Virus record (IMG/VR): IMGVR_UViG_3300042387_001967
Origin: a virus
Reading direction: 5' to 3' (one strand)
DNA: 64,000 nucleotides
Below are positions 1-9,900 of this stretch, piece by piece. The notes under the pieces are model-generated. The model searched no databases. It was not told where the DNA came from and worked only from the letters and a program-made list of their open reading frames with translations. The stretch's first letter is position 1; each line of letters opens with the position of its first letter. A program made the position numbers and the translations under genes.

Positions 1-469
1 CACCCTCGACGAACTTGCGTTCCATGCTCTGCGAGAATCGGATCACGTTTTCCTTTGTGCGGGAGTAAGGCATTCGCTCGTTCCAGCCGAGCATCGCGAC
101 GGGTTCTCCGTCACGGTAGAGCCACCAGCCCTTTGCTTTGATCAAAATCATCGCGCCGGTCGTCTGATCCTTCGCGCAGAACGTGTCGTGGAACACGGCG
201 CGCAACTCCTTCGATTTGTCCATTGATCTACGCACCGTCACACGGTCATCGTCCGCCCACAGCATCGCGTCGAAGCCCTCGTAGGTCGTGGGGTATTTTC
301 CAGCAGGCAGTCCATACACCCGACAGATCGCCGTGTTGCCGTAGAGTTCGCCGGTCTCCAAATCCCACCACCAGTAGCCGCGCCCAATGGCGTAACCCCA
401 CGCGATTTTCAGTCGCATGAGCCATCGCCTCCACCAAGGCCAAGGTAGGAGTTTGGCGGGTGTGAGCAT
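1..469 (-). CDS. PAS (PAS_3-like) domain protein, 3' end runs off window
   Basis: Not in ORF track. Manual translation from ATG at 469 is open to the window edge: ...YWWWDLETGELYGNTAICRVYGLP...TTYEGFDAMLWADDDR...FHDTF...GAMILIKAKGWWLYRDGEPVAMLG, matching the PAS_3 pattern W-D-x-x-T-G...G...HPDD-like...G...G. Confidence 0.6.
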   Translation of the reverse strand, partial: MLTPAKLLPWPWWRRWLMRLKIAWGYAIGRGYWWWDLETGELYGNTAICRVYGLPAGKYPTTYEGFDAMLWADDDRVTVRRSMDKSKELRAVFHDTFCAKDQTTGAMILIKAKGWWLYRDGEPVAMLGWNERMPYSRTKENVIRFSQSMERKFVEG

Positions 470-474
470 GGGAA

Positions 475-795
475 CTACCGGCGCACAGGCGGAACGAACA
501 GGGCTTCCAGACCCGCTTTAATGTCCGCGCCGAGCAAGGACAGCACTCGGGCTTCAACGTCGGCCTGAGTGTAGTCGCCAGCCTTGTCGTAGTCCTCACC
601 TTCCCAAAGCGTGAGCTGGAACGGGCAAGGTGCGATGCGGGCGACGCAAGACCTGCGCTCGGAATTGTCAATGGTCGTCACGTCCAGCTTGGACAGCGTG
701 ATCGGCTTCTGAACTCGCTCCTGAGCGGGCTGGCCGTCGCGGGCGGGGCGATAGATTGTGGGTGGCTGAATGGTGACGGGTGTCTGTAGTTTCAT
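475..795 (-). CDS. hypothetical protein, tail-module associated
   Basis: 106-aa ORF with A/C-rich leader, directly downstream of tail fibre genes. Confidence 0.7.
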   Translation of the reverse strand: MKLQTPVTIQPPTIYRPARDGQPAQERVQKPITLSKLDVTTIDNSERRSCVARIAPCPFQLTLWEGEDYDKAGDYTQADVEARVLSLLGADIKAGLEALFVPPVRR

Positions 796-822
796 GGTTG
801 TTTTGGTTTGGGTTTACTGAAA

Positions 823-852
823 ATTATAGCAGGCCGGTGCCGAGGATGTCCA
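823..852 (-). promoter_or_regulatory. possible sigma70-like promoter TGGACA-N18-TATAAT
   Basis: Hexamers read on the minus strand over the end of the 824..3994 CDS, upstream of 795. Confidence 0.3.
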
Positions 853-3800
853 TCTCGGGGAATTGTAGGGTGAGCGTGCCGGTGATGTAGGTGGAGGTCG
901 CATAGTCCCGCCATGCGACGAATGCAGCGGCGTGCTGGCGGATGATGCCGTTGCCGGTGATGGTGTAGCCGTTGTAGCTGGAATCGTAGAATGTCACGTT
1001 TCCTGTGATGCCGCTGGCTCCGTTGTAGGAAGATTCACGGAATGAGACATTACCAGTGATGGTGCCATTACCGTGGTATTTGGAGCCGTTGAAGGTGCAG
1101 TTGCCGACGATGACGGAACCGGATGCTGTGCCGGGGCCACTACCATTAAAGATACAGTCTCCGGTGATAGTGCTGTTGTTGGTGCTGGTGTCGTTGAACA
1201 CCCACGCCAAGGTGCCAGTCCAGTAGGAGGCGTCCGTAGTCCATGATTCTGACCCCGCCAGCGTGAATGTAGCACCATTTGGAAAACTCACCGTGCCTGA
1301 GACCGTGCCTTGCTGTGGGTTGAATGGATACGAGTTGTAGCCATTAGGCTGCGCGGGAGGGAATACTGTGTTGTTGAACGTGACGGTACCGGTAACATTA
1401 CCAGCGTTGTAGCTAGCATCGTTGAACGTCACGTTTCCCGTGATGGAGCTGGTGCTGCCGCTGGTGTCGTTGAAAGTAGGGTCGCCGGTGATGGTGCCGT
1501 GGGAGAAACTGGAATCGTTGAAGGTTGCGTTTCCGGTGATGGTGCCGTTGTAGTTGTGGGTGCTATAGTCGTTGAACACCCACGCCAGCGTGCCTGTCCA
1601 GTAGGAGGCGTCCACTGTCCATTGTTCTGAGTTTGCCAGCGTGAAGGTGGCTCCATTCGGGAAATCCACGGTGCCTGAAACGTAGCCTTGTTGTGGGTTG
1701 AGGAAATAATTCTGTGCGGTGGAGAAAGAGGTGTTGGTGAACGATGCGTTGCCGGTGATGGTTCCGGTGTTGTAGCTAGAATCGTTAAACGTGCAGTTGC
1801 CTTGGATCTCGCAGCTGTAGTTGTTATAGCTACCGTCATTGAATGTGACGCTGCCGCCGGGATTGAAGTTGCTGCTGCTGTGGCTACTGTCATTGAAGGT
1901 GACGTTGCCGCTGATGCCACCGCCACCGTGGTAGCTACTGTCATTGAAGGTGATAGTACCACTGACACTTCCGTAGGGGGCGGTGTTGCTGTACTCGGTG
2001 AACACCCATGCCAAGGTGCCAGTCCATGTGGAGGTGTTCGTCCACCACGAATGGTTGTATGCCAGCGTAAAGGTAGCCCCATTCGGGAAGTCCACGGTGC
2101 CTGAGACGGAGCCTTGCTGTGGGTTGGAGAATCCAGTGGTTGCGTAGGAGAAAGCTGTGTTGGTGAACGAGGCGTTGCCGGTGATGATTCCGTTGTCATC
2201 GACGTAGCTAGTATCGTTGAAGGTTGCGTTGCCAGTGATGGTTCCGGCGTGGTAGCTGGTGTCGTTGAAAGTTGGATTGCTGGTGATGTTGCCGTTGCTG
2301 TAGCTGGAATCGTTAAAGGTGCAGTTGCCTGTGATGGTGCCGGAGGAGTAGCTGCTGTCGTTGAATGTGGCTACGCCACTGAGATTGCCTCCGGTGGCAT
2401 TGTAGCTGGTGTCGTTGAACTCCCACGCCAAGGTGCCAGTCCAGTAGGAGGCGTCCGTAGTCCATACCGAAGAGTAAGCCACCGTGAATGTAGCCCCATT
2501 TGGAAAATCTACCGTCCCGCTCACGTATCCGCCGTATATGCTGTGCAGAGGGTCACTCGTGAACGTCGTCATTGTGAACGAAACATTACCCGTTGTGTCA
2601 CCCGAGTAATAGGCATTATCGTTTAAGGTAACATTTCCGGTAATGTCGCCGCTACACGACGTGTTGTCATTAAAAGTTGGATCACCAAAGATTGTGCCTG
2701 AGCCTGAGCCGCCCCATACGTAAACACTGTAATCGTTGAAGGTTGGATTACCATATATGTAGCCCCCTGTTTTTTGGGTGCTGTTGTTGAAGGTGACCGT
2801 TCCGGTAATGGTGCTATTGTTTTCCATTACGGTAGAGTCGTTGAAGGTAACATCTCCGTTGATGGTTCCGCCATCCATACCGCCATAGCTACTACCAGAG
2901 AACGTGACGTTGCCGGTAATAACCGCACTGCTGCCAAAGGAGTAACCTCCATCAAGGAAGTCACAGTCGCCGTTGATAGTGCCTTCGTTGAAATAGACCG
3001 TCCCGCCTGAGGCTACCGTGCAGTTTCCGTTGATAACGCCAGGGTAGCCATTGTTGACCACTCCGCCTACGCAGTCACCATTGATGGTTCCGTAGTTGTA
3101 ATTGGAACTATACCACTCAAAGTCCCCGTTGACGATGCCGTTTACCACAGGAGAATTGTTGCCGTTACGACTGTTGCCGTTGAAGGCGACCTCACCGGTG
3201 ATGGTGCCGTCGTTGTAGCTGCTGTCGTTGAAGGTACAGTCTCCGGTGATGGAGGCGGAAGAAGAACCGTTGTAGCTGGAGCCATTGAAGGTGCAGTCTC
3301 CGGCGATGCTACCCCAGTTGTTGTAGCTGGAATCGTTGAACGTGCAGTCTCCGGCGACATAGAGGGTGGTGCTACTGGTATCGTTGAAGGTACAGTCTCC
3401 GGTGATGGAGCCGTAGCTGTAGCTGCTGTCGTTGAAGGTGCAGTTGCCGTCGATGTTGCCTTCAAAGTTGGCACTAGAGTCGTTGAAGGTGCAGTTTCCG
3501 GCGATGTAGCCTGAATTGTAACTGGTGTCGTTGAACTCGAAGCTAGCGGCTGATAGCCCCACAGACGGCCACATACCTACATCCAGCACGCTGTCCCCAT
3601 TCACCGTCACCAACCCGAGCACGTCCGCCGAAGGGAGGGCAACCACCGTGCCGTTGCCAGTCGCGATGACGACATCATCGGCGGTCACGGGAATCACATG
3701 CAATTCACAAGTGAGGTCGCTCGTCTCAGTGGAGATTGCGGCCTGACTCAACTCAAAGGTCGTGCCATCCGTGATGCTCGCCACGGTGGTTCCGGTATCA

Positions 3801-3994
3801 ATGCCGTCGCCAGTGATAGGCCGCCCCACCACAAGGCCCGCCGTGCTGTCGCAGGTCACTTCCGTGTCCGTGTCAATGACATTCACGCCGGTCAGGGTGC
3901 CGGAAAAGCCCTCAGTGCAGGCGGCGTCTGCCCACCAGTTCCCGAGGGTGTCCCAGTTTTGGTCAACTGAGGCTGCGAAGTAGCGTGTCGGCAT
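824..3994 (-). CDS. repeat-rich tail fibre/adhesin-like protein (beta-solenoid)
   Basis: 1056 aa; dozens of FND[ST]SxNxGxIxG[DN]xT repeats plus four longer GTV[DS]FPNGATFT...WTGTLAW units; S/T/N/G rich; lower GC than the rest of the window. Confidence 0.75.
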   Translation of the reverse strand: MPTRYFAASVDQNWDTLGNWWADAACTEGFSGTLTGVNVIDTDTEVTCDSTAGLVVGRPITGDGIDTGTTVASITDGTTFELSQAAISTETSDLTCELHVIPVTADDVVIATGNGTVVALPSADVLGLVTVNGDSVLDVGMWPSVGLSAASFEFNDTSYNSGYIAGNCTFNDSSANFEGNIDGNCTFNDSSYSYGSITGDCTFNDTSSTTLYVAGDCTFNDSSYNNWGSIAGDCTFNGSSYNGSSSASITGDCTFNDSSYNDGTITGEVAFNGNSRNGNNSPVVNGIVNGDFEWYSSNYNYGTINGDCVGGVVNNGYPGVINGNCTVASGGTVYFNEGTINGDCDFLDGGYSFGSSAVITGNVTFSGSSYGGMDGGTINGDVTFNDSTVMENNSTITGTVTFNNSTQKTGGYIYGNPTFNDYSVYVWGGSGSGTIFGDPTFNDNTSCSGDITGNVTLNDNAYYSGDTTGNVSFTMTTFTSDPLHSIYGGYVSGTVDFPNGATFTVAYSSVWTTDASYWTGTLAWEFNDTSYNATGGNLSGVATFNDSSYSSGTITGNCTFNDSSYSNGNITSNPTFNDTSYHAGTITGNATFNDTSYVDDNGIITGNASFTNTAFSYATTGFSNPQQGSVSGTVDFPNGATFTLAYNHSWWTNTSTWTGTLAWVFTEYSNTAPYGSVSGTITFNDSSYHGGGGISGNVTFNDSSHSSSNFNPGGSVTFNDGSYNNYSCEIQGNCTFNDSSYNTGTITGNASFTNTSFSTAQNYFLNPQQGYVSGTVDFPNGATFTLANSEQWTVDASYWTGTLAWVFNDYSTHNYNGTITGNATFNDSSFSHGTITGDPTFNDTSGSTSSITGNVTFNDASYNAGNVTGTVTFNNTVFPPAQPNGYNSYPFNPQQGTVSGTVSFPNGATFTLAGSESWTTDASYWTGTLAWVFNDTSTNNSTITGDCIFNGSGPGTASGSVIVGNCTFNGSKYHGNGTITGNVSFRESSYNGASGITGNVTFYDSSYNGYTITGNGIIRQHAAAFVAWRDYATSTYITGTLTLQFPEMDILGTGLL

Positions 3995-3997
3995 AAA

Positions 3998-5701
3998 TTA
4001 ATCCACGGACTCCGTGAATCCTCCAGTAAGGGAAACGAGGCACCATTCCCCGCCCATGTATTTGAGTTTGAAAATGTAGGACTTCCAAGCCGTGAGTGTC
4101 TTGGGGAAGGTTGCCGCACTGTCGCTGGCCCGCTGGATGTCCGCATGGAAGTCCAATGTGTGCGCTCCGTCTGCCCACCTTACGATCACCGTGATTTCAG
4201 AGACGCATTCCGCCGGGGTTCCGGTCGGCACCTGAAACGTGGTGTTCCCGCTCATGTTGCCGTATTGCGTCCCGCCGTTGGCGAGGCTCAGGGTGACATT
4301 TCCGGTGAGCGCACCAATCGAATACGCTCCGACCGGCTTCTGCCCACGAGACCACACCGCAGCACCGGTGGAAGCATCCAAGCAGTAATATGGAGTGCCG
4401 TCCGCCATTTCCCACGTCGTGTCCGTGGTGTAGCCGAGCGTTTCGTCGTCGGTGACGGTAGGGGCAACGGGTGCGTAGAGGACTTTGCGAACCGTCGAAC
4501 TGCCATCGGACAGAATGAACAAGTAGCCATTTGCAAACTTATACTCGTAGCCCACCGAGCAAATGATTGAGAACCCTGCGGTGCCAGCGATACCTTTGTT
4601 CGGCTCGCTCTGCTTGAATTTGGAGCCGTTGAACAGATTGACGATGGCGTTCTCGTCCATCGTCCCGCCCGCAAGGGGGAGCTTGGTGGCATCGGTGGCA
4701 GGCACTACCTCCCATAACGCCGCCGTCGCCGTGTCATCTGTGCAGCGATACAGCGTGCCGTCTGCCGTCTCCCACGTCGTGTCTGTGGTGAAGCCGAGCG
4801 TGGTGTCATCTGTGGCAGTTGGAGTTGCCGGGGCGTAGAGCACCTTGCGAACCGTCGAACTGCCATCGGACAGAATGAACAGGAAGCCATTTGCGAATTT
4901 GTATTCGTAGCCCGCCGAGCAGATGATCGAGAATCCTGCGTCTCCGGCAATGCCTTTGTTGGGCGTGCTCTGCTGCCACTTGGAGCCGTTGAACAGATTG
5001 ACGACTGCGTTTTCTTCCATCGTCCCGCCTGACAGCGCGAGCTTGGCTGCGAGGGCGAGGGCAATGTCCGTGCCAGCCGGATCAACGTCGGCAGCTTGTG
5101 CGTTGGCAGGGAGTGCGGCATCTGCGGTGGCTTGGGCTGCGGCTGCGGCGTCGCGCGCAGGCTGATCCACTCCGATGCTGCCGGTCGCCCAGTTCCCACC
5201 CGTCTGTCCAGGCACATCCACGAGCGCCCGAATTGTAGCACCAGCCAGGACCCCGTTCAGCGGGCCGCTTGTGGCAACTACTGAGATCAGCCAGACGTCG
5301 CCCTTCTTGATCGCCCCGGCCGTGCCGCTTCCGCCGGTCGTGGGGAAGGTGTTCACGCTGGCGTCGAAATTCCCACGGTCGTCCCATAGGCCGAGCGTAG
5401 CGTCCTCGATGGCTGCGTCGCGGTCTTCCACCTCCGCTGCGATCAGTGCGTCTGCGTATGCGCGCACCGCGACATCAGAGTAGGCGAGACTCGACCAGAT
5501 CGTGGTACCATCTCCCATTTTCGCGCGGCCCGTGTCAGTCTCCAGTCCGATCTGTCCCAGCTCCAGCACTGTACTGCCGACCCAGCTGGCGGCCGGCAGC
5601 CTCAGAGCCTGCGCGCAGAGAGCCAGGGCTGCCCTAGTCCATGCCGATTCCTGCGTAGTTGGTGGGCGTGCGCCGCCTGGCTCGAGATTGATGATTGGCA
5701 T
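3998..5701 (-). CDS. tail fibre protein with Mtd_N-like N-terminal domain and internal 120-aa duplication
   Basis: LELGQIGLETDTGRAKMGDGTTIWSSLAY resembles the major-tropism-determinant N-terminal motif; two LPLxGGTM..NGSK..GYEYKFANG..TWE copies 360 nt apart. Confidence 0.7.
   Translation of the reverse strand: MPIINLEPGGARPPTTQESAWTRAALALCAQALRLPAASWVGSTVLELGQIGLETDTGRAKMGDGTTIWSSLAYSDVAVRAYADALIAAEVEDRDAAIEDATLGLWDDRGNFDASVNTFPTTGGSGTAGAIKKGDVWLISVVATSGPLNGVLAGATIRALVDVPGQTGGNWATGSIGVDQPARDAAAAAQATADAALPANAQAADVDPAGTDIALALAAKLALSGGTMEENAVVNLFNGSKWQQSTPNKGIAGDAGFSIICSAGYEYKFANGFLFILSDGSSTVRKVLYAPATPTATDDTTLGFTTDTTWETADGTLYRCTDDTATAALWEVVPATDATKLPLAGGTMDENAIVNLFNGSKFKQSEPNKGIAGTAGFSIICSVGYEYKFANGYLFILSDGSSTVRKVLYAPVAPTVTDDETLGYTTDTTWEMADGTPYYCLDASTGAAVWSRGQKPVGAYSIGALTGNVTLSLANGGTQYGNMSGNTTFQVPTGTPAECVSEITVIVRWADGAHTLDFHADIQRASDSAATFPKTLTAWKSYIFKLKYMGGEWCLVSLTGGFTESVD
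4380..5030 (-). repeat. intragenic tandem duplication, ~360-nt offset
   Basis: cgtcccgcc at 4661 and 5021; copies differ at many synonymous sites. Confidence 0.85.
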
Positions 5702-5776
5702 ATCAAAATTTCAGTGGTCGGCGCATGATACGGTCCGGCGCGGCAAAGTCGAGACAGAAAACAGGCGCTGGCAGGT

Positions 5777-5808
5777 AAAAATCCGCCCCCTCTGTGAGAG
5801 GGGGCGGA
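5777..5808 (-). terminator. rho-independent terminator
   Basis: 12-bp perfect stem TCCGCCCCCTCT/AGAGGGGGCGGA with 3-nt loop, followed by TTTTT on the minus strand. Confidence 0.8.
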
Positions 5809-5884
5809 CTGACTTGGAAAGCCTCAACGACGCGACTTGGAATCCTCTGTAATGACAAATCGCCGCTCGTTCCGTGCGAGAAAT

Positions 5885-6190
5885 TTAGGCGCCACTGTCA
5901 GGTCCCCTCGGGACCTTGGAATGAGAGTCCGCCCCGGAACGCGGGGTCAGGTCTGGCAAGATGACTTCGGCCCGGGGCACGAAGCCAAGCAGCTTGCCGT
6001 CGATTTCGGTGGCGCACACCAGGGTGCCACCTTCCGCCGTCGCGCGGAGGATCTCATTGATGACGCCGGCTGTGGCACGCGACAAGTCGGTGCCAGATGC
6101 CAGCTCTTTGCCGAGCAGCGTGCCCTCGGCGATGTGACGATTCAAAACTTTGGCTGTCTCAGACAGCACGGCTCGGGATGCTTTGGTCAT
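5885..6190 (-). CDS. hypothetical protein
   Basis: MTKASRAV...; ATGA overlap with upstream gene. Confidence 0.6.
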   Translation of the reverse strand: MTKASRAVLSETAKVLNRHIAEGTLLGKELASGTDLSRATAGVINEILRATAEGGTLVCATEIDGKLLGFVPRAEVILPDLTPRSGADSHSKVPRGPDSGA

Positions 6191-6405
6191 GGTTTTTTGG
6201 GTGTTGTGTGCCTGATGTAGTTGCTGTCGTCCACCACTTTCGGCGTGCCGTGCTGGCCTCCGATGTTCAGCACGAGGTGCGTCGGCAGGCTCATGACGAC
6301 CCGGCCCTTGCCACGTTGTCCTTGCGGGGTGGAGTAGTGGACGGTGGAACCGGGGGCGATGCTTCGCCACCACGGTTTGGTGGAGAGGATGTTGAGTGCG
6401 CTCAT
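6187..6405 (-). CDS. hypothetical protein
   Basis: MSALNILS...; ATGA overlaps at both ends. Confidence 0.65.
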   Translation of the reverse strand: MSALNILSTKPWWRSIAPGSTVHYSTPQGQRGKGRVVMSLPTHLVLNIGGQHGTPKVVDDSNYIRHTTPKKP

Positions 6406-6875
6406 TCGCGACGGTCTGATTTGATCCACTCCTCGATGGTGGCGAAACTGTCTCCCATTTGTTCCCCGAGCCAGTCCATTCTGTCGACCAGCAAACGGAA
6501 AACCAACCAGGCCGGCGGATCATCGCGGTCGATCCTGTAGACCAGCAATTCCGATCGATAATCATTGTCCAGTTGATCGATCTCGTGATGCACGTCGGCC
6601 TCTTCGTCCGATTCATCTTCAGTGTCGTCCAGCTCTTCCAGCAGCTCGGCTCTGCGATCGCTGATGCTCTCGGGGAAGATTGTCACCTCGACATACTCAG
6701 CGTCGAAGTCCACTTCGTAGCGACCAGTGGATGGTGAAACTTCGATATCGTCTGCTTCGATCCCGTGCTTCTTGAGTATTTTTGTAGCGGCCCGCTCGGC
6801 GAGCCACTCGAAGGCGTTGTTCCATAGGACCAGTTGCGCCGGAGTCAGGATGTCGGTGAATTTTATATTTTGCAT
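6402..6875 (-). CDS. hypothetical acidic protein
   Basis: MQNIKFTD...; A/C-rich leader. Confidence 0.7.
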   Translation of the reverse strand: MQNIKFTDILTPAQLVLWNNAFEWLAERAATKILKKHGIEADDIEVSPSTGRYEVDFDAEYVEVTIFPESISDRRAELLEELDDTEDESDEEADVHHEIDQLDNDYRSELLVYRIDRDDPPAWLVFRLLVDRMDWLGEQMGDSFATIEEWIKSDRRE

Positions 6876-6996
6876 AATGTTTCGTGTGAATTTATTTGCC
6901 TCCCTCGATGCTTGCGTCTCACCACTCCCCGTCAGGATACTCCATTTTGAGCGCACGCAGATAAGCGCAGAATCAACGCCCAGAAAGGCGCCGACG

Positions 6997-9900
6997 CTAT
7001 GAAGGCGAAATCTCTACGTCGTCGTAAAGGTCCACTTCTCCCCGTTCGATAGCAGCCATCACGTCGTCGTCCGATGTGAACTTGTGCTTCTTTTGTGGGC
7101 GATTGGCGGGACTCAACATGTTCAGCCCGAGCAAGGTCTCATGCTTGGGATTTGCCATCGTCTTGCTGCGGTCCTTGATGGACCAGAGCATCTTCGAAGC
7201 CATCATCTTCTCGCGCACGTCCCTGACCGCCTCGTCGGTGGTCGGCACGTGCACGCTCATGGTGTTTGAGAGGATCACGCCGTCGGCCGACATGAAGGTT
7301 TCGTAGCCTGGGACGGTGAGGTCGTAGCCGGTTTCGCGGATGCCTGTCTTGTCGACTTCGACGACAGTGGCCCAGGTGATGTGCTCCTGGTCCAGGATGT
7401 CGCGAACCCAAGTCTTGAGCAGGTCCGAGTCCAACGCGCCACGATACACCGGGAGAGCCTCCAGGCGTTCCAGCAGTCTGCGTCGGCGGAGTCCACCCAG
7501 CGCGTCGCCGGCGTGCGCCGCGGTTTTGATGATGGATGCCAACTTGTAAGTCTCAGACCCCTTGTCGTTGTCAGCGGAGAACGGCGCAGCGGTCGCGTAA
7601 ACGCCGGCCCGTAGAATCTTCGCATTCGCGGATGTCAGCTCCACCACCTCGGAACGCAGCAAGGTCAGCGCAGCGTCGCGAGCCGCGACACGCTTGGCGA
7701 GCATCTCGCGCAGATGATCCAAGACTGCGCGCGCGCTCGGACGCGAGATGACACCTTCGTGTTTCCCCTTGGCCCACTGCACGACCATATTCTGCTGGTG
7801 CTTCTTCCAGTCCAGCTCCGGGCTGTCAGTTGTGCGGTCTTCGGCGGTGATCTTGGGATTGACGAGGTCGTGCTGGACGACGTCGAAGACGTTGCGGGGT
7901 ATGACCGCCTTGTTGAACACCGCCGCTGTGTTCTCGCGGACTACTTCCGCTTTGAGGAAGTTCTCACGTTTGTGCTCGGTGGCCAGCCCGGCGAAGAGGT
8001 CTAGCCGCTTGCAGTCCCACGTGGACATTGCGAGCACCCAGCATTCATTCCCGCCGCTGGTTTCCTTCGACCACGTAACCGAAGCACGCACGTCCAGCGT
8101 CATGCAGAGTGCTTGCAGTTCACGAATGAGTCTCAGCGAAGTGGATCCGATGTTAAACACGTTCCCCTTCCCTTCCTCGCCGCCATTCCCGACACTGATG
8201 GATCCGTCGGTGTCCACCATGCCAGTCAGGAACCCACGTCGAAACTCCTCCGGCGCGCGGAACAGGAATCCGGGGACGCGCTTGTTCGCTGCTCCGGATG
8301 TTTTTTCGTCGCGCTCGCCGCCCAGGTGTAACTGCAGAAACGCAGCCACGTGCTCACTTCCGGCGAAGTTGAAGCTGTGCCTGATCGTATCGCCGTATCG
8401 AGCGTCTCCCTCTTCCTTATTCTGCTCGTGGCGGTGATAGTAGAGCGTTCCCGCAGAATCCAGATGCTGTTCGATGAAGGATTTCAGACGCTTTGCGTTG
8501 TCCTCCTTGAGATCGGCGAGATGAAGATTCCGACGCCCCTTCCAGCCGCGCGTAGCGTAGAAATCGTAGTCTTTCTTATCCCACCATCCGTCGCCGCACA
8601 TCGCGCCCATGAACCAGCCCGCGTCGAAGTCCAGGACGATCTGGACGCTGCCCATCTTCACTTCCGCGATCGGTTCCAGTGTTGCTACCAGTTCCCGTAG
8701 GTTTCTCCCGCACGGAACCGCAACCTTTTTCTCCAGCGCATCTGTCGGCGTCCAGCGTCCCATCTCGCCCGTCGTCGGGTCCATGCCGTAGACGGCCCGC
8801 GGGTCGTCATCGGTGAAGGTCTGCCGACGGTTGGACAATGTGACAACCTCGATCGGAGGCGCAGTGTGCTCGCTCCACCCGGCGACGTCGGCCCATACCA
8901 ACGCCCCAGTATTCTCGTCGAATGCGATGACCTTGGTTCCCGGTAGGGCTTTGAAGAACCTGATATAGCTGTTGGTGCCCTGCTTCTCTCCGATGAGTTC
9001 CTCGCTGCGCGGGAAGTCCTCGAGGTCGATCACAGCCACTTCGTGCGTGGTCGGATCAATGTAGGGTAGTTGAAGTTTGTTATACATATCAGCAGCATTG
9101 CCGAGAATCTGAAAGCGGTCAACCAAATATGACGGCAAGGATGAAATTAGGTCGCGCTGAATCGCTGTAACTACCTGATTATGAACTTCGTCCCCGTCAA
9201 AATCGGCGTTCATTCCCTCCGTGATGAAGGTGTTCACCCGAATCGCGTCACCTGGAACAATCCGGGGACGCTGTCCGATCACGTTCGTCCGGTGCCATGC
9301 CGGGGACCTGGTGATCACGACGGGCCGGCGCGGCGTCTCATGCCCCTCCTTGTCGGTCTCCGTGCCCATCTCGTAGTCCAGCGCCTTGCGCGCCATCGGC
9401 GAGCGGTCAGTCAGATGCTTGAGCGCGGCGGCCGGCGCCATGCCGGAACGCACCAGCCGCCGCTGCACGTAGTTGCTGTAGAGCTTCCACGCCATCTCCT
9501 CGGGGATGCCGACGTCGTCCATGCCCAGGTCGGCGTCAGGCACGATGACGCCGCGGCCGACCGTGTCGACCGGCTTGGACAGCATCTTGGAGGCGTAAAA
9601 ACTCGTTTTTGGATTCGTACCGGTGACCATCTTGAAGAACCCCTTCACCTCGCGCGCGCGGGTCTTGGGGTTCGGGCTCTCGCCGTAGCCGTAGGCAGCC
9701 TTGGCCGCGCGCGTCATGTCCATGTAGGCCTCCGCCGCGCCGTCGCGCCCCATCGCCTTCTCCGTGTCGCTGTAGAGCCGGCGATACTCGAGCAGGTCCC
9801 GGTAGACCTCGTTCGAGTCGCCCGGGAGGAACGTGTCGCCGGTAACGCTGAACGGGCGGAACTTCGGCGGGATGACCGGCACGGATGTGAGCATCATGTG

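Noticed and set aside
4380-5030. Mtd_N-bearing fibre with two similar repeats as a diversity-generating retroelement TR/VR pair
   Set aside because: Both copies are in frame in one gene and differ at all base types, mostly synonymously, not only at adenines. No reverse transcriptase is in the window.
7264-9189. RNAP insert as a group I intron with an in-frame ORF
   Set aside because: The required junctions do not show U at the exon end and G at the intron end, while protein-level intein C-terminal blocks (YDLTV...SN/T) are clear.
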